Shown in pieces: positions 1 through 8,940 of a stretch of 64,000 nt of DNA; position 1 is the first letter of the stretch; every line of letters begins with the position of its first letter. Under the pieces are notes generated by a model that worked only from the letters and a program-made list of their open reading frames with translations, was not told the DNA's origin and searched no databases. Made by a program: the position numbers and the translations under genes. Source of the stretch: a virus (Duplodnaviria; Caudoviricetes); IMG/VR virus record IMGVR_UViG_3300035491_000042, positions 32,001 to 96,000 of that record; one strand, given 5' to 3'.

Positions 1-1343
1 CATTTGTTCAGTAAGCGAATCTTAGACTCACACTCGGCTACGGTGCCATCGAACGGAACCTCAATATCCCGAGGCGAATCATTCAAAAAGTCCTCACAAT
101 CGTTGATCTCGTCATCAATATCCACGATCTTGTTTCGATCTTTCTCGATTTCCGATTTCAGCGTTGATAGATGCTGCTCGTCTTTGTATGGACCACCACA
201 CACATGACACGTCCCGTTCTCGTGTGCCTCAATCTGAGCCTCACGCTCTTTGATACGTTCAACCAAACGCTGGCGGGTTTTCTGTTTTTCGTTCAGAATA
301 CTCGTTTGACGTGCTCGCTCGTCGTTGTGCTGAATAGCTTCAATGCACATGTGGTATTCTTCTTCAGACCGATAGGTCTTCTGTTCAGCAAGGCGCTCGT
401 CGAGCTCTAGTTGTGTCTCAGCGCCATGCGTTTTCTCGCTTAGAAGAAGTTTATCAATCTTCGAACGAAGTAATGTGTGCTTCTGCAACTTGTTTTGTTT
501 TACGGTGAGTTCAGCATTTGCCTCGTCGCGACGGGTTTCGACTTCCTTGATCTGCTGGAGTATCTCATCACGCTGCTTGAAAGCCGCTTCAACCTCATCA
601 AAATTGATGCTATTGAGACGCTCCAAATCTTTCTTCAATTTCTCAATTCGGACGGTCTTCTCACTATCAAAGTCAGCGACAGCAGACAAATGGCGGTTCA
701 CTTGACGGAATGCTTTGTCACACGCATCGTTGAGGATATCCATCTCACGTCTCAGTGTCTTCATCTCAGCCTTGTTCTCGCTGGTGAACTTCTTTGCTAC
801 CTCATAGCGAGCCGCAAGCACATCCAGACAGAGTAGTTGCTCAACAACAGTACGTTGCTCTGGACCACTCATCTCGAAGAAAGTCCGCTTTGTTGGGCTC
901 ATAAAATGTGTGAGCATGAAGACGTCGTAAGACATACCAACGAACTCAACGATGGCTTCATCGGTGTTCTTCATGCTGTCTCGGGTCATACTGACACCGT
1001 CGACTTCAAACTCAAGCAAACTTGGCTTGCGTCCGCGACGAACGATGGCAGTGCTGGCACCTCGCTTCATGTGTACTTCGGTGAGAAGCTTCTTGCCATT
1101 CGAAAGATTGACCAGCTCATCAGCGCGAACCTTGTCGATACCTTCACCGTACAAACAGAAGATGAGCGCATTGAACGCTGCTGTCTTACCAACACCATTA
1201 GCACTCTCGTTTGTGTCACCAATATCTTGGTTCTCACCACGAATCAGTGTCAGTGGGCTCTTATCCAGTTGAACCCACTGCATTTTATTGCCAAACGACT
1301 GGAAGTTTGCGAAACCTACAGTCGTAAAAATCGTTTTTTGCAT
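1..1343 (-). CDS. Recombination endonuclease ATPase subunit (T4 gp46/SbcC/Rad50-like), 3' end outside the window
   Basis: Not in the ORF track; translated by hand from the ATG at 1343 (overlaps the gp47 stop): MQKTIFTTVGFANFQSFGN...Walker A ANGVGKT, then coiled coil and a zinc-hook-like CHVC near 190-215; follows the gp47-like gene. Confidence 0.9.
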   Translation of the reverse strand, partial: MQKTIFTTVGFANFQSFGNKMQWVQLDKSPLTLIRGENQDIGDTNESANGVGKTAAFNALIFCLYGEGIDKVRADELVNLSNGKKLLTEVHMKRGASTAIVRRGRKPSLLEFEVDGVSMTRDSMKNTDEAIVEFVGMSYDVFMLTHFMSPTKRTFFEMSGPEQRTVVEQLLCLDVLAARYEVAKKFTSENKAEMKTLRREMDILNDACDKAFRQVNRHLSAVADFDSEKTVRIEKLKKDLERLNSINFDEVEAAFKQRDEILQQIKEVETRRDEANAELTVKQNKLQKHTLLRSKIDKLLLSEKTHGAETQLELDERLAEQKTYRSEEEYHMCIEAIQHNDERARQTSILNEKQKTRQRLVERIKEREAQIEAHENGTCHVCGGPYKDEQHLSTLKSEIEKDRNKIVDIDDEINDCEDFLNDSPRDIEVPFDGTVAECESKIRLLNK

Positions 1344-2374
1344 TACTTTTCCTCGGTTTTGAGCTGCAAATATAGGGCTTCGAGCATTTTCTTGTCAATC
1401 CCATCAATGTCGACGCTCTCCCTGATCACCTTCACCACGACATCGTCAATGTTCTCGGTGTCAGAGACTTCGATATCTGCGCTCATGATCTCACGGGATT
1501 TGGTGTTGTTGAACTTGATACGCACACCGTCAAACGCCATCCCTGACAGCTTCTCTTGCACCTCATCGACGATGGAGTCATCGGTGACATCATCACCAAA
1601 CACAACGCGGATGGTTGTGTTTTCAACGTCATCACCCAGCTCCGCAAGCACCTCATCCAGCTTGTCATGATCAACAGAGATCACCTTGATACCCTGATAT
1701 GTCTCGAAGGTGGTTTTACCAGTGACGTCGTCGAAGATGAACACACCGTGGTCTTCGTTGGCTTCGTTCATGGTGATCGGGTATGGTGTTCCGACGTACA
1801 GGATGTTGTCCTTTTCCTGCATCGAGTGGTAGTGACCAGTCAGAACACGTTTGTACCCACGCAGCTCTCGGTGCGACTGACCATGTTCCATCTCATAGCG
1901 ATCATTCACCATGAAACCATTCAGCTCAAGGTGAGCGAACAGGTACTCAGCGTCCTTACTGGCGTTCACGACCTCATCCCACTGCTCGCCAGAGGCGATC
2001 CAAGGGGTCATCATGATATCACCGACCATAGTCGGTTCGTGGATCACTGTCACATATGGGCTCAGTACGTTGATGCTGCTGATATCAAGACGATCCAGAT
2101 AGAACAGGTCATGGTTACCTTCAAGCACGTAGACATTCTCACGTCCGAATACCTGACCCAACATCTGGGCACCGACGACGCCATAGTTCAGCGTCTGTAC
2201 CTGAATCTTACTGCGGCTGTGGAACCAGTCACCAAGTTGCACCACCTTGTCGACCTTATGGGCGAGACCAGTGTCAATCGCCCATTCCACGAAGTCAAGG
2301 ATGCTGTTGTTAAACTTCTCAGAGTCTCCGCGCTCACCAAAGTGCAGGTCTCCGATTACTAACCATCGGCTCAT
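1343..2374 (-). CDS. Recombination endonuclease nuclease subunit (T4 gp47/SbcD/Mre11-like)
   Basis: Metallophosphoesterase motifs GDLHFG, LGDWFH, GNHD, AHLEL, GHYH; lies between gp55-like and gp46-like genes. Confidence 0.92.
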   Translation of the reverse strand: MSRWLVIGDLHFGERGDSEKFNNSILDFVEWAIDTGLAHKVDKVVQLGDWFHSRSKIQVQTLNYGVVGAQMLGQVFGRENVYVLEGNHDLFYLDRLDISSINVLSPYVTVIHEPTMVGDIMMTPWIASGEQWDEVVNASKDAEYLFAHLELNGFMVNDRYEMEHGQSHRELRGYKRVLTGHYHSMQEKDNILYVGTPYPITMNEANEDHGVFIFDDVTGKTTFETYQGIKVISVDHDKLDEVLAELGDDVENTTIRVVFGDDVTDDSIVDEVQEKLSGMAFDGVRIKFNNTKSREIMSADIEVSDTENIDDVVVKVIRESVDIDGIDKKMLEALYLQLKTEEK

Positions 2375-2934
2375 TGTTCATTTTCCCATTCAATGACGTC
2401 TTCATCGTCGAAGTCGTCTTCATCACCGTCGTAGCGATCTTCCAGAATGGCTTTGCGTTCCTGTTCGCTGATCATGTCCATGTAGGCAGGATCGGCTTCG
2501 AGACCAAGCTCAAGCTTCATCTTGTTTACGACGTTGCGCTCAGTGTACTCGTTCTTGAGGAAATGGAACAACACATGCTTCATGCACGTGGTGAAATAGG
2601 CGTGTGGGTTGTTGCAGGTCAGGTAGTTGTACTCAACGATTTCGCCGTGCCATTCGACGATCTCTTTCCGAAGGATGTTGCCCTCTTCGTCTCGCTCAAG
2701 GATTTTTGTTCGATAGGGTCGAAACTTTGGGAAGCCTTTCACGCAGGCGAGCATGCATTCAGAGATGATGTCGTCGCGAATGTGAAAGAAGCGAACGTAG
2801 TTCGGGTGGTTGGCATAACGCTCCGCAAGGAGCATGAACATCTTAGCTAACTCATCACTGATCTCGTCTTTCTTCAGAGAGAGAAGCATTTCACGAAAGA
2901 AATCAGCGGGCTGAATGTAGTTTTTTTTACTCAT
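2371..2934 (-). CDS. Late-transcription sigma factor (T4 gp55-like)
   Basis: NNPHAYFTTC motif resembling gp55; 187 aa; acidic C-terminus; canonical gp55-gp47-gp46 order. Confidence 0.85.
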   Translation of the reverse strand: MSKKNYIQPADFFREMLLSLKKDEISDELAKMFMLLAERYANHPNYVRFFHIRDDIISECMLACVKGFPKFRPYRTKILERDEEGNILRKEIVEWHGEIVEYNYLTCNNPHAYFTTCMKHVLFHFLKNEYTERNVVNKMKLELGLEADPAYMDMISEQERKAILEDRYDGDEDDFDDEDVIEWENEQ

Positions 2935-2957
2935 GTGGTAACTCCAGTTGTGTCTTG

Positions 2958-2986
2958 ATTGTATGACAAAAATTCAAATCTGTCCA
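2958..2986 (-). promoter_or_regulatory. sigma70-like promoter for the gp55-47-46 operon
   Basis: Minus strand reads TGGACA-17 nt-TACAAT just upstream of the gp55-like start. Confidence 0.6.
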
Positions 2987-3043
2987 ATGATTTATCCATA
3001 GATTTTGATGGTTCTGAAAACACGGGATATGTTGTTGAATCTA

Positions 3044-3162
3044 AAGGATTTTTCATTCTTTGAATACAGTAATAAGTATTGAGTCGCTGCGCTCGCTGTC
3101 GCTCGCTCCGCTCCTCACCTGTTCACTGGATTTTCGTTGAAGTTTCATTGAAATATATTAGG
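3044..3162. repeat. 119-bp non-coding direct repeat, copy 1
   Basis: Ungapped match to 43770-43888 with 5 mismatches by manual alignment; contains (G)CTCGCT-like reiterations. Confidence 0.95.
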
Positions 3163-3259
3163 CGACTGAATGAGAATCATTTGCATTTAAAATTGTTTTT
3201 CATTTGAACAGTGTTTGTGTTTGAGAATTGTTATCATAATACAGAATACGTCTTTTCTC

Positions 3260-3265
3260 TAAATA
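3260..3265 (+). promoter_or_regulatory. Putative late promoter (TAAATA) heading the tail operon
   Basis: TAAATA core of the T4 late promoter TATAAATA, ~30 nt before the 3298 start. Confidence 0.55.
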
Positions 3266-3297
3266 AACATGTAGATTTCATCCATTTGGAGAAAAGA

Positions 3298-3486
3298 ATG
3301 AAAAAGTATACAAACAACACTCACTCGATGAAAACCGTTCTGTTCAAGGATGGGTCGGCACAGTTCCTGATGAGGGGCCAGTCGTTCGAGAGTGACAAAG
3401 AAATTGAGCGTGTTTCTAAGGGTGTGCTCGTCAAAGACGTGGTAAAACCAAAAACCGCCAAAAAACCGACTGAAGAAACAAACTAA
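3298..3486 (+). CDS. Small hypothetical late protein (62 aa)
   Basis: ATG at 3298 with GGAG RBS inside ORF 3211..3486; directly precedes the sheath gene. Confidence 0.6.
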   Translation: MKKYTNNTHSMKTVLFKDGSAQFLMRGQSFESDKEIERVSKGVLVKDVVKPKTAKKPTEETN

Positions 3487-3506
3487 GAGATTCATAGGAG
3501 AAAAGA

Positions 3507-4979
3507 ATGTCATTTCCAAATTCACCGGGCGTTTATGATCGCATCGTAGATCGCTCTTTTGTTGTCAATTCCGGTGGTATCGTAGCTGGTGGTATCGTTG
3601 TATCTGCCAAGCGTGGACCGGCTAAAGTAAAAACTGTTACTTCGGCTCGTGAGTTCATCGAGACCTATGGTCTTCCGTCTCGTGATAACCCATCACTGTA
3701 CGCCGCCCTTCGATATCTGAACCGTGCTGGTGTGCTGAGTGTGCGTCGTGTTACCACTGAAGGCGACGACTATGCCACTGGTACTCTACTGAGCGGGGTT
3801 GATGACCAACTTATCGTTGAAGCCGCGAACGAAGGCTCGTGGGGCAACTCACTAACTGTTTCGTTTGAAGAGAGTGTCATTGGCTCTCCATCCGTCGTCG
3901 GTTGGTTCTACTTGATCGTCAAGGACGATGGTGTAGAAGTCGAGCGTTTTGAAGTTTCTCGTGACCCGAATGCGAAGAATGGTTTTGGTAACAGCATCTT
4001 CATTGAAGACGTTGTAAACAACCGTTCGAAGTACGTTCGAGTGTATGACGTCCCAACCGTTACAGCCGAATATGACTACGACGCCGTTATCACGCTGAGT
4101 GGTGGTACTGATGCAAGCACTGCCCCAACCTCCGGCGAGATCAATCTGGCTTGGGCTGAGTTCAATAACGTCGAAGAAGTACCGGCTACCCTTCTGATCA
4201 ATGGTGGTTGGGCAGTGCCTGAAATTCATGTCGCCATGCTGACTGTGGCTCGGAATCGCAAGGATGCTGTTGCGATCCTAGACGTTCCAGAAGACGTTGC
4301 TGACGACGTACAGGGGATGATTAACTATCGAACTACCGAACTCGCTGCTAACACCTATTTCGGTGGTATTTATGGCGGTTGGTTGCGTGTTTACGACCAA
4401 TACAACGACCGTGAAGTTCTGGTTCCGCCATCTGGTGACGTTGCTGCTGTTTTTGCAAACACCATTGAAGTTGCTGAACGCTGGGATGCCCCTGCTGGTC
4501 TGCAACGCGGTATCATCCCGAACGCACTTGGCGTGAGCAAGGTCTTCACCGAAGGCGAGCGCGATCTTCTCTATCGTTCTGGTGTGAACCCGGTCACCAC
4601 GTATGCTGGTGCTGCTGCTGTTATCTGGGGCCAGAAGACCCTTCAGGTACAGGCGAGCGCTCTCGACCGCTTCAACGTTGTCAACCTCGTCCTTTGGATG
4701 AACCAACGCATCGTAGAATCGCTGCAACCGTTCGTGTTCCAGCCGAACACCGTGTTCACTCGCGATAGCGTGAACTACCTGATTTCGAACTTCCTTGAGA
4801 ATATTCGTCTTCGTGGTGGTCTGTATGGTTACTCTGTCGACACATCTGAAAATATCAACACCCCACAGGTGATTGATAATAACCAGATGCTTGTTGATGT
4901 GTATATCAAACCGACACGCACGGCAGAATTCATTCGAGTTAGCACCATTGTTACACCGACTGGCGTAACTCTGGCGTAA
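3507..4979 (+). CDS. Contractile tail sheath protein (T4 gp18-like)
   Basis: N-terminal SPGVY, VPPSG..A, W.APAG..RG, WGQKTL, FVFQPN, IKPTRTAEFI sheath motifs. Confidence 0.95.
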   Translation: MSFPNSPGVYDRIVDRSFVVNSGGIVAGGIVVSAKRGPAKVKTVTSAREFIETYGLPSRDNPSLYAALRYLNRAGVLSVRRVTTEGDDYATGTLLSGVDDQLIVEAANEGSWGNSLTVSFEESVIGSPSVVGWFYLIVKDDGVEVERFEVSRDPNAKNGFGNSIFIEDVVNNRSKYVRVYDVPTVTAEYDYDAVITLSGGTDASTAPTSGEINLAWAEFNNVEEVPATLLINGGWAVPEIHVAMLTVARNRKDAVAILDVPEDVADDVQGMINYRTTELAANTYFGGIYGGWLRVYDQYNDREVLVPPSGDVAAVFANTIEVAERWDAPAGLQRGIIPNALGVSKVFTEGERDLLYRSGVNPVTTYAGAAAVIWGQKTLQVQASALDRFNVVNLVLWMNQRIVESLQPFVFQPNTVFTRDSVNYLISNFLENIRLRGGLYGYSVDTSENINTPQVIDNNQMLVDVYIKPTRTAEFIRVSTIVTPTGVTLA

Positions 4980-4993
4980 TAAAATCTGGTCAG

Positions 4994-5023
4994 AAAAAAA
5001 ACCCCTCATTGAGGGGTTTTTTT
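4994..5023. terminator. Bidirectional intrinsic terminator
   Basis: A8-CCCCTC-ATT-GAGGGG-T7 between the convergent sheath and endonuclease genes. Confidence 0.85.
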
Positions 5024-6679
5024 CAATTCGAAGCATAGTGAACCAGCGTCATAAACTCGCAACCAACCAGCTTCTCTCATGTTTTCGTGCTCTGTCTTCT
5101 TAACGTCGAATTGATCCAGAACTTTAGATAACTTGTGCTTCATGCACTGATGCCTTGAAAGGGTATATGTTTTACGTGTGTTGTAGTACCGGTAGTTTGG
5201 TTTTGTGATGTGCGACAGCTCGAACCCACTTTTCATGTACAAATCACCATGGCTGTAGTCGAGCGAAGCGAACGTCAAAATTCTTTTGATATTTTTCCCT
5301 CGCATAAAATGACTCAGTAGTTTAGTGAAACCTCCAACAACAGCCACTGACGTTGCATATCGAACTAGGTCATACTCTCCATCATCTTTTAGGCGTTTGA
5401 AGCTCATACATGCAACCAGTCGGTCTCCCGATACCAAACCAATAGTACTTACACCATGCACCGACCCTTGGATGTGGTTTTCGTCATAAAACGCTTTCGC
5501 GATGTTCTGGTTAACATCAACCACCCGTGTTTTCCTTGCAAATACTCGTTCTGATAAAACACCGATTGATCTAAGAATCCTCTTCTTTAATATTTTTTGC
5601 TTTCTTTCATCCTCCCAGTCATCCTCCCAAATATGAAAAAGATTGACCCCCTTCTTCATACACTCTGTCGATTTCTTTTGATGATAGTCCGATGGTTTGA
5701 ATTTCTCCGAATGCCAAAACAGTCCGTTATATTCGATTGCGAGTTTTTTGGATGGGATGTACAAATCGAGCTCCCTTCCATCAAGAACTGTGCGATCCGA
5801 TCTGATGATCTCATCATGTGGTATGATGGTGCTAATAAAATCATAGAGAACGTCTTCCCCGTGCGAGTGATTAGTGTCGTTTTGAACGCCAAGCTCTGCC
5901 ATTCTAGCTACCGTTCTACTGACCGAATAATCAAGAACCCTAGCAATCTCTTTTGTGTGTTTATATTCATTGACAACTTCTATAAACTTTGCGTCGTCAT
6001 TGAAAATGTCGTGATGTTTTTTATACGCTTTAGTTGTGTGATCAACACCATAACGCTCTGAAACAGTTTTTAGGTATGACAGTCTGGCAGCATGCTTGAA
6101 TGGTTTATGGTGCATTGGGTGTTCAACACCATACTTTTTCAACAACGTTTCCTTCTTAGTCTTACGACCTTGTTCGGTGTTTAAGTACATAACCCCACCA
6201 TACCGACTGGTGTTTGTATCAGCGACCTTCTTCTTGATACTATCTACCATCATTGGGTTTTCAACACCATACTTCTCAAGCATAGTATTTTTGAACTTCT
6301 CAATACCATCCGGTGTTCTCATATTGTGATCACCATACCTAGCAGTCATAGTATTTGTTCTCTTTTTTACTGTTGTTTCTGACTTCCTCGCGCATTCACG
6401 AGAACAATATGTGGAGAAGATATAGGAGTCGTAGTGACACTCACCGGCTCGTGAGTTCTGGCGAATAGTGACGTGACGTCCACACTCACATAGTGGTACG
6501 GATGTGATGTTCTTCATGATGCAATATAGCCGCATTGAGAACCGCTCCTTACCGCCCATATGTTTTGTTAAAAACTCCGTCTCGTTGATTATCAGCTCTT
6601 TCAGTTCTTTCAGCTCTTTTGACCTCCCAAATTTCACGGCATCTGGAAATCCAAGCTCTGTTATGATGTCAACAATCAT
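5006..6679 (-). CDS. Free-standing homing endonuclease, Hef-like PD-(D/E)xK type with YGVENP-like repeats
   Basis: Repeats KYGVENPM/KYGVEHPM/RYGVDHT; ELDLYIP..KLAIEYNG.FWH nuclease motif; C-terminal RVYDAG; sits antisense between sheath and tube genes. Confidence 0.75.
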   Translation of the reverse strand: MIVDIITELGFPDAVKFGRSKELKELKELIINETEFLTKHMGGKERFSMRLYCIMKNITSVPLCECGRHVTIRQNSRAGECHYDSYIFSTYCSRECARKSETTVKKRTNTMTARYGDHNMRTPDGIEKFKNTMLEKYGVENPMMVDSIKKKVADTNTSRYGGVMYLNTEQGRKTKKETLLKKYGVEHPMHHKPFKHAARLSYLKTVSERYGVDHTTKAYKKHHDIFNDDAKFIEVVNEYKHTKEIARVLDYSVSRTVARMAELGVQNDTNHSHGEDVLYDFISTIIPHDEIIRSDRTVLDGRELDLYIPSKKLAIEYNGLFWHSEKFKPSDYHQKKSTECMKKGVNLFHIWEDDWEDERKQKILKKRILRSIGVLSERVFARKTRVVDVNQNIAKAFYDENHIQGSVHGVSTIGLVSGDRLVACMSFKRLKDDGEYDLVRYATSVAVVGGFTKLLSHFMRGKNIKRILTFASLDYSHGDLYMKSGFELSHITKPNYRYYNTRKTYTLSRHQCMKHKLSKVLDQFDVKKTEHENMREAGWLRVYDAGSLCFELKKTPQ

Positions 6680-6707
6680 TTTATTTCCTCGCTGGTTTTA
6701 TATATTT

Positions 6708-6736
6708 ATCATATTCGCTTTCATCGGCTGAGTCAA
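6708..6736 (-). promoter_or_regulatory. sigma70-like promoter of the endonuclease, overlapping a late TAAATA
   Basis: Minus strand TTGACT-17 nt-TATGAT; TAAATA at 6703-6708 (minus). Confidence 0.6.
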
Positions 6737-6822
6737 CTGCTGGTTAGAAATAAATAAAAGACTAAATAGAAAGAGATAAATCAACACGAGGTTTGACATT
6801 CCTCGCCTTTCAGGAGTAAATA

Positions 6823-7329
6823 ATGGCTAATATTCAAGATGTTCGATCAGTAGCCTCACCTCAGAGAGCTTTCGAATTTGAGGTAGAGTTGCTAGCAAAC
6901 ACCGTAGCAGGCTTGCTACCGATCCTGACGCAACGCGTCGAGTCTGTTAACATCCCAGACAAAACAACCGAGACCATCGAGATCAATTACAAGGGTCAGA
7001 AAACCATTCACGCTGGTCGTGATGCGTCTTCACACTCGGTAACTGTCACTTTCTGGGATACCGAAGAACGAGAAGTGTATCGGTTCTTCAAGAATTGGAA
7101 AGAGAATGGTATCAACAACAGTACCGTTGGTGGTGGTGCCACACGAGACGAATACGCGACGCAGATGCTCATTCGTACTTTCGCTCATGACTCTACTCAG
7201 GTAACCGGTACTCACCGACTAACGCAGGTTTGGCCTACTTCAATTGGTGAAACATCGCTTTCATATGAATCGAGTGAACACATTAAGGTCGAGGTCACAT
7301 TCTCGTACGACACCCAACTGTTCGAGTAA
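6823..7329 (+). CDS. Tail tube protein (T4 gp19-like)
   Basis: 168 aa; VNIP..T.E.IEINY.G, VTFWD, WPTSIG...LSY..., VTFSYD; TAAATA motifs at 6751 and 6763; GGAG RBS. Confidence 0.88.
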   Translation: MANIQDVRSVASPQRAFEFEVELLANTVAGLLPILTQRVESVNIPDKTTETIEINYKGQKTIHAGRDASSHSVTVTFWDTEEREVYRFFKNWKENGINNSTVGGGATRDEYATQMLIRTFAHDSTQVTGTHRLTQVWPTSIGETSLSYESSEHIKVEVTFSYDTQLFE

Positions 7330-7354
7330 TAAGGCAACGCTTCCCTTGCGATTT

Positions 7355-7375
7355 AAGCCCCTATGGGGCTTTTTT
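7355..7375 (+). terminator. Intrinsic terminator after the tube gene
   Basis: AAGCCCC-TAT-GGGGCTT followed by a T-tract. Confidence 0.8.
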
Positions 7376-7409
7376 CGTTTCTAAATAAGAGATATAGAGG
7401 TTTTAAGAT

Positions 7410-8009
7410 ATGCCACTTAACATTGTTGAACTAGGTAAGAAACACCTTCGAGAATTACTTCCTGACAGGGCAGAAAACGCTATTGGGTTCTTGGAGCAAT
7501 CGGGTATTCTCAACACATCGATTGTTGTTAACGACAAGACAAAAGAACCACAGCGCGGATATATGTGGGAGGTCCATTTTCGTGACACACAGGGACGAGG
7601 TGAGTTTATTAAGCTATATGCAAAGAACACTAACATCCCTGCGAGTATAAATGAGAACGTAAAGCGTATGTATGCTGGGGTTGAATATAGTTACTCAGGT
7701 AGGGACACTTCACCTCGTGTGTTTCGTGTGACTTTCTGGGACAACCAAGAACAGGATGTTTATAACTATTTCGTTGCGTGGTTTGACTCTATGCAGCAGG
7801 GAAGATCGCGAAGAAAGGTAAACCCAGTAAACTATCAGCGAGACATTACACTACAGTTAAAAGACAGCCTTGGTATACAAAACGGAAGCACAATAACACT
7901 TACCGATGCATACCCAACAGAAATTGGTGATGTACCACTGTCATATTCAGATAGTTCTGAATTCACATTTGATGTTATGTTTAGCTACCGCAATAAGGAG
8001 ATAAGTTGA
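7410..8009 (+). CDS. Tail tube-fold paralog (gp19/gp54-like)
   Basis: Similar to 6823..7329 (VTFWDNQEQDVYNYF..W; AYPTEIGDVPLSY; FDVMFSY); TAAATA at 7382. Confidence 0.7.
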   Translation: MPLNIVELGKKHLRELLPDRAENAIGFLEQSGILNTSIVVNDKTKEPQRGYMWEVHFRDTQGRGEFIKLYAKNTNIPASINENVKRMYAGVEYSYSGRDTSPRVFRVTFWDNQEQDVYNYFVAWFDSMQQGRSRRKVNPVNYQRDITLQLKDSLGIQNGSTITLTDAYPTEIGDVPLSYSDSSEFTFDVMFSYRNKEIS

Positions 8010-8926
8010 TGAGTACTATCGAAGACGCAATCGCCAGAAAGTATCAGCAACTACCGCAGTTCGACTATATGTGGCGTGTTGAGCTCCCTGAGCTAGGGAG
8101 GGAGGGGTTTATGGACCCATTCGGTGTAACTGCACTAAACTGCTCGCCAGACGTCGCAGAGTTCATTACAGGCGGTTTTGGTGGTGGTGCCCTATCTACA
8201 TTTGCATCAGGTGTTCGGAGATTGGCAAATACTGTGACTGCTGCTGTCGGTAATGTGACTGAACGTTTCGGCTTTCCAAATCCACTTGCTGGGAGAAGCT
8301 TCGAGTCTATTGGTCGCTCAACGTCGCTCAAGACCGAACGACAAACCGATATGCTTAATCACCGAGTCTTCTCGATTGATACACCGTACAAATCATTTGA
8401 GGTGACTAAACACACATTTGGTCAGAGTTTCTTCTACAACGCCGGAACAAATGACATCGGGTCGATGTCGATGCGTATTGACGAGTATGAAGACGGTGCG
8501 ACATTAGACTATCTTCTCCAGTGGCAGAAGCTAATACAGAACAGCGACGGGACACACAACCCGCCTGCTGCATATAAGAGAGATATTCGGTTCATCAAGA
8601 TGGCGTCAAGTGGTATCGACTTGCACGTAACGGTTTTTCGTGGATGTTGGCCTAGTGAGATTTCAAACTCATCGTTTAGCTATGATTCCAGTGCCATTTC
8701 TCAGGTAAACGTTACGTTCTCTGTTGATGGGGTAGAGCATTTCATTATCCCAGCGTCACAAGTTATCTCTGCTGTTGAGAGCGTACAAGGTGACATCCTG
8801 AATGGTATCGATATGGGTAGGAGCGGTGACTTTACTGGCATCATAAATACTAATAACCTAAAGAAAAACCTGACGACTGCGGTGGTTTCAGAAATCAGTC
8901 GACGTGTCAGTAAGTATTTCTTTTAA
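8009..8926 (+). CDS. Tail tube-fold baseplate protein (gp54/gp48-like)
   Basis: C-terminal half has tube-fold pattern GCWPSEIS...FSY...VTFSVD; TGATG coupling. Confidence 0.6.
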   Translation: MSTIEDAIARKYQQLPQFDYMWRVELPELGREGFMDPFGVTALNCSPDVAEFITGGFGGGALSTFASGVRRLANTVTAAVGNVTERFGFPNPLAGRSFESIGRSTSLKTERQTDMLNHRVFSIDTPYKSFEVTKHTFGQSFFYNAGTNDIGSMSMRIDEYEDGATLDYLLQWQKLIQNSDGTHNPPAAYKRDIRFIKMASSGIDLHVTVFRGCWPSEISNSSFSYDSSAISQVNVTFSVDGVEHFIIPASQVISAVESVQGDILNGIDMGRSGDFTGIINTNNLKKNLTTAVVSEISRRVSKYFF

Positions 8927-8940
8927 AAAGGAGAAAACAT

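Noticed and set aside
477-2850. Long plus-strand ORFs (477..836, 837..1670, 1556..2362, 2374..2850)
   Set aside because: Antisense shadows of the gp46/gp47/gp55-like genes, with no motifs or RBS.
3044-3162. Repeat considered as a CRISPR array, tRNA or IS end
   Set aside because: Only two distant copies; no spacers, cloverleaf, terminal inverted repeats or transposase.
4278-5036. 252-aa minus-strand ORF and similar antisense ORFs elsewhere (e.g. 57686..58312, 63146..63817)
   Set aside because: They lie opposite well-supported genes and have no recognisable features.
6823-8926. Three tube-fold genes as a novelty
   Set aside because: Tube, initiator and cap paralogs are normal in contractile tails.
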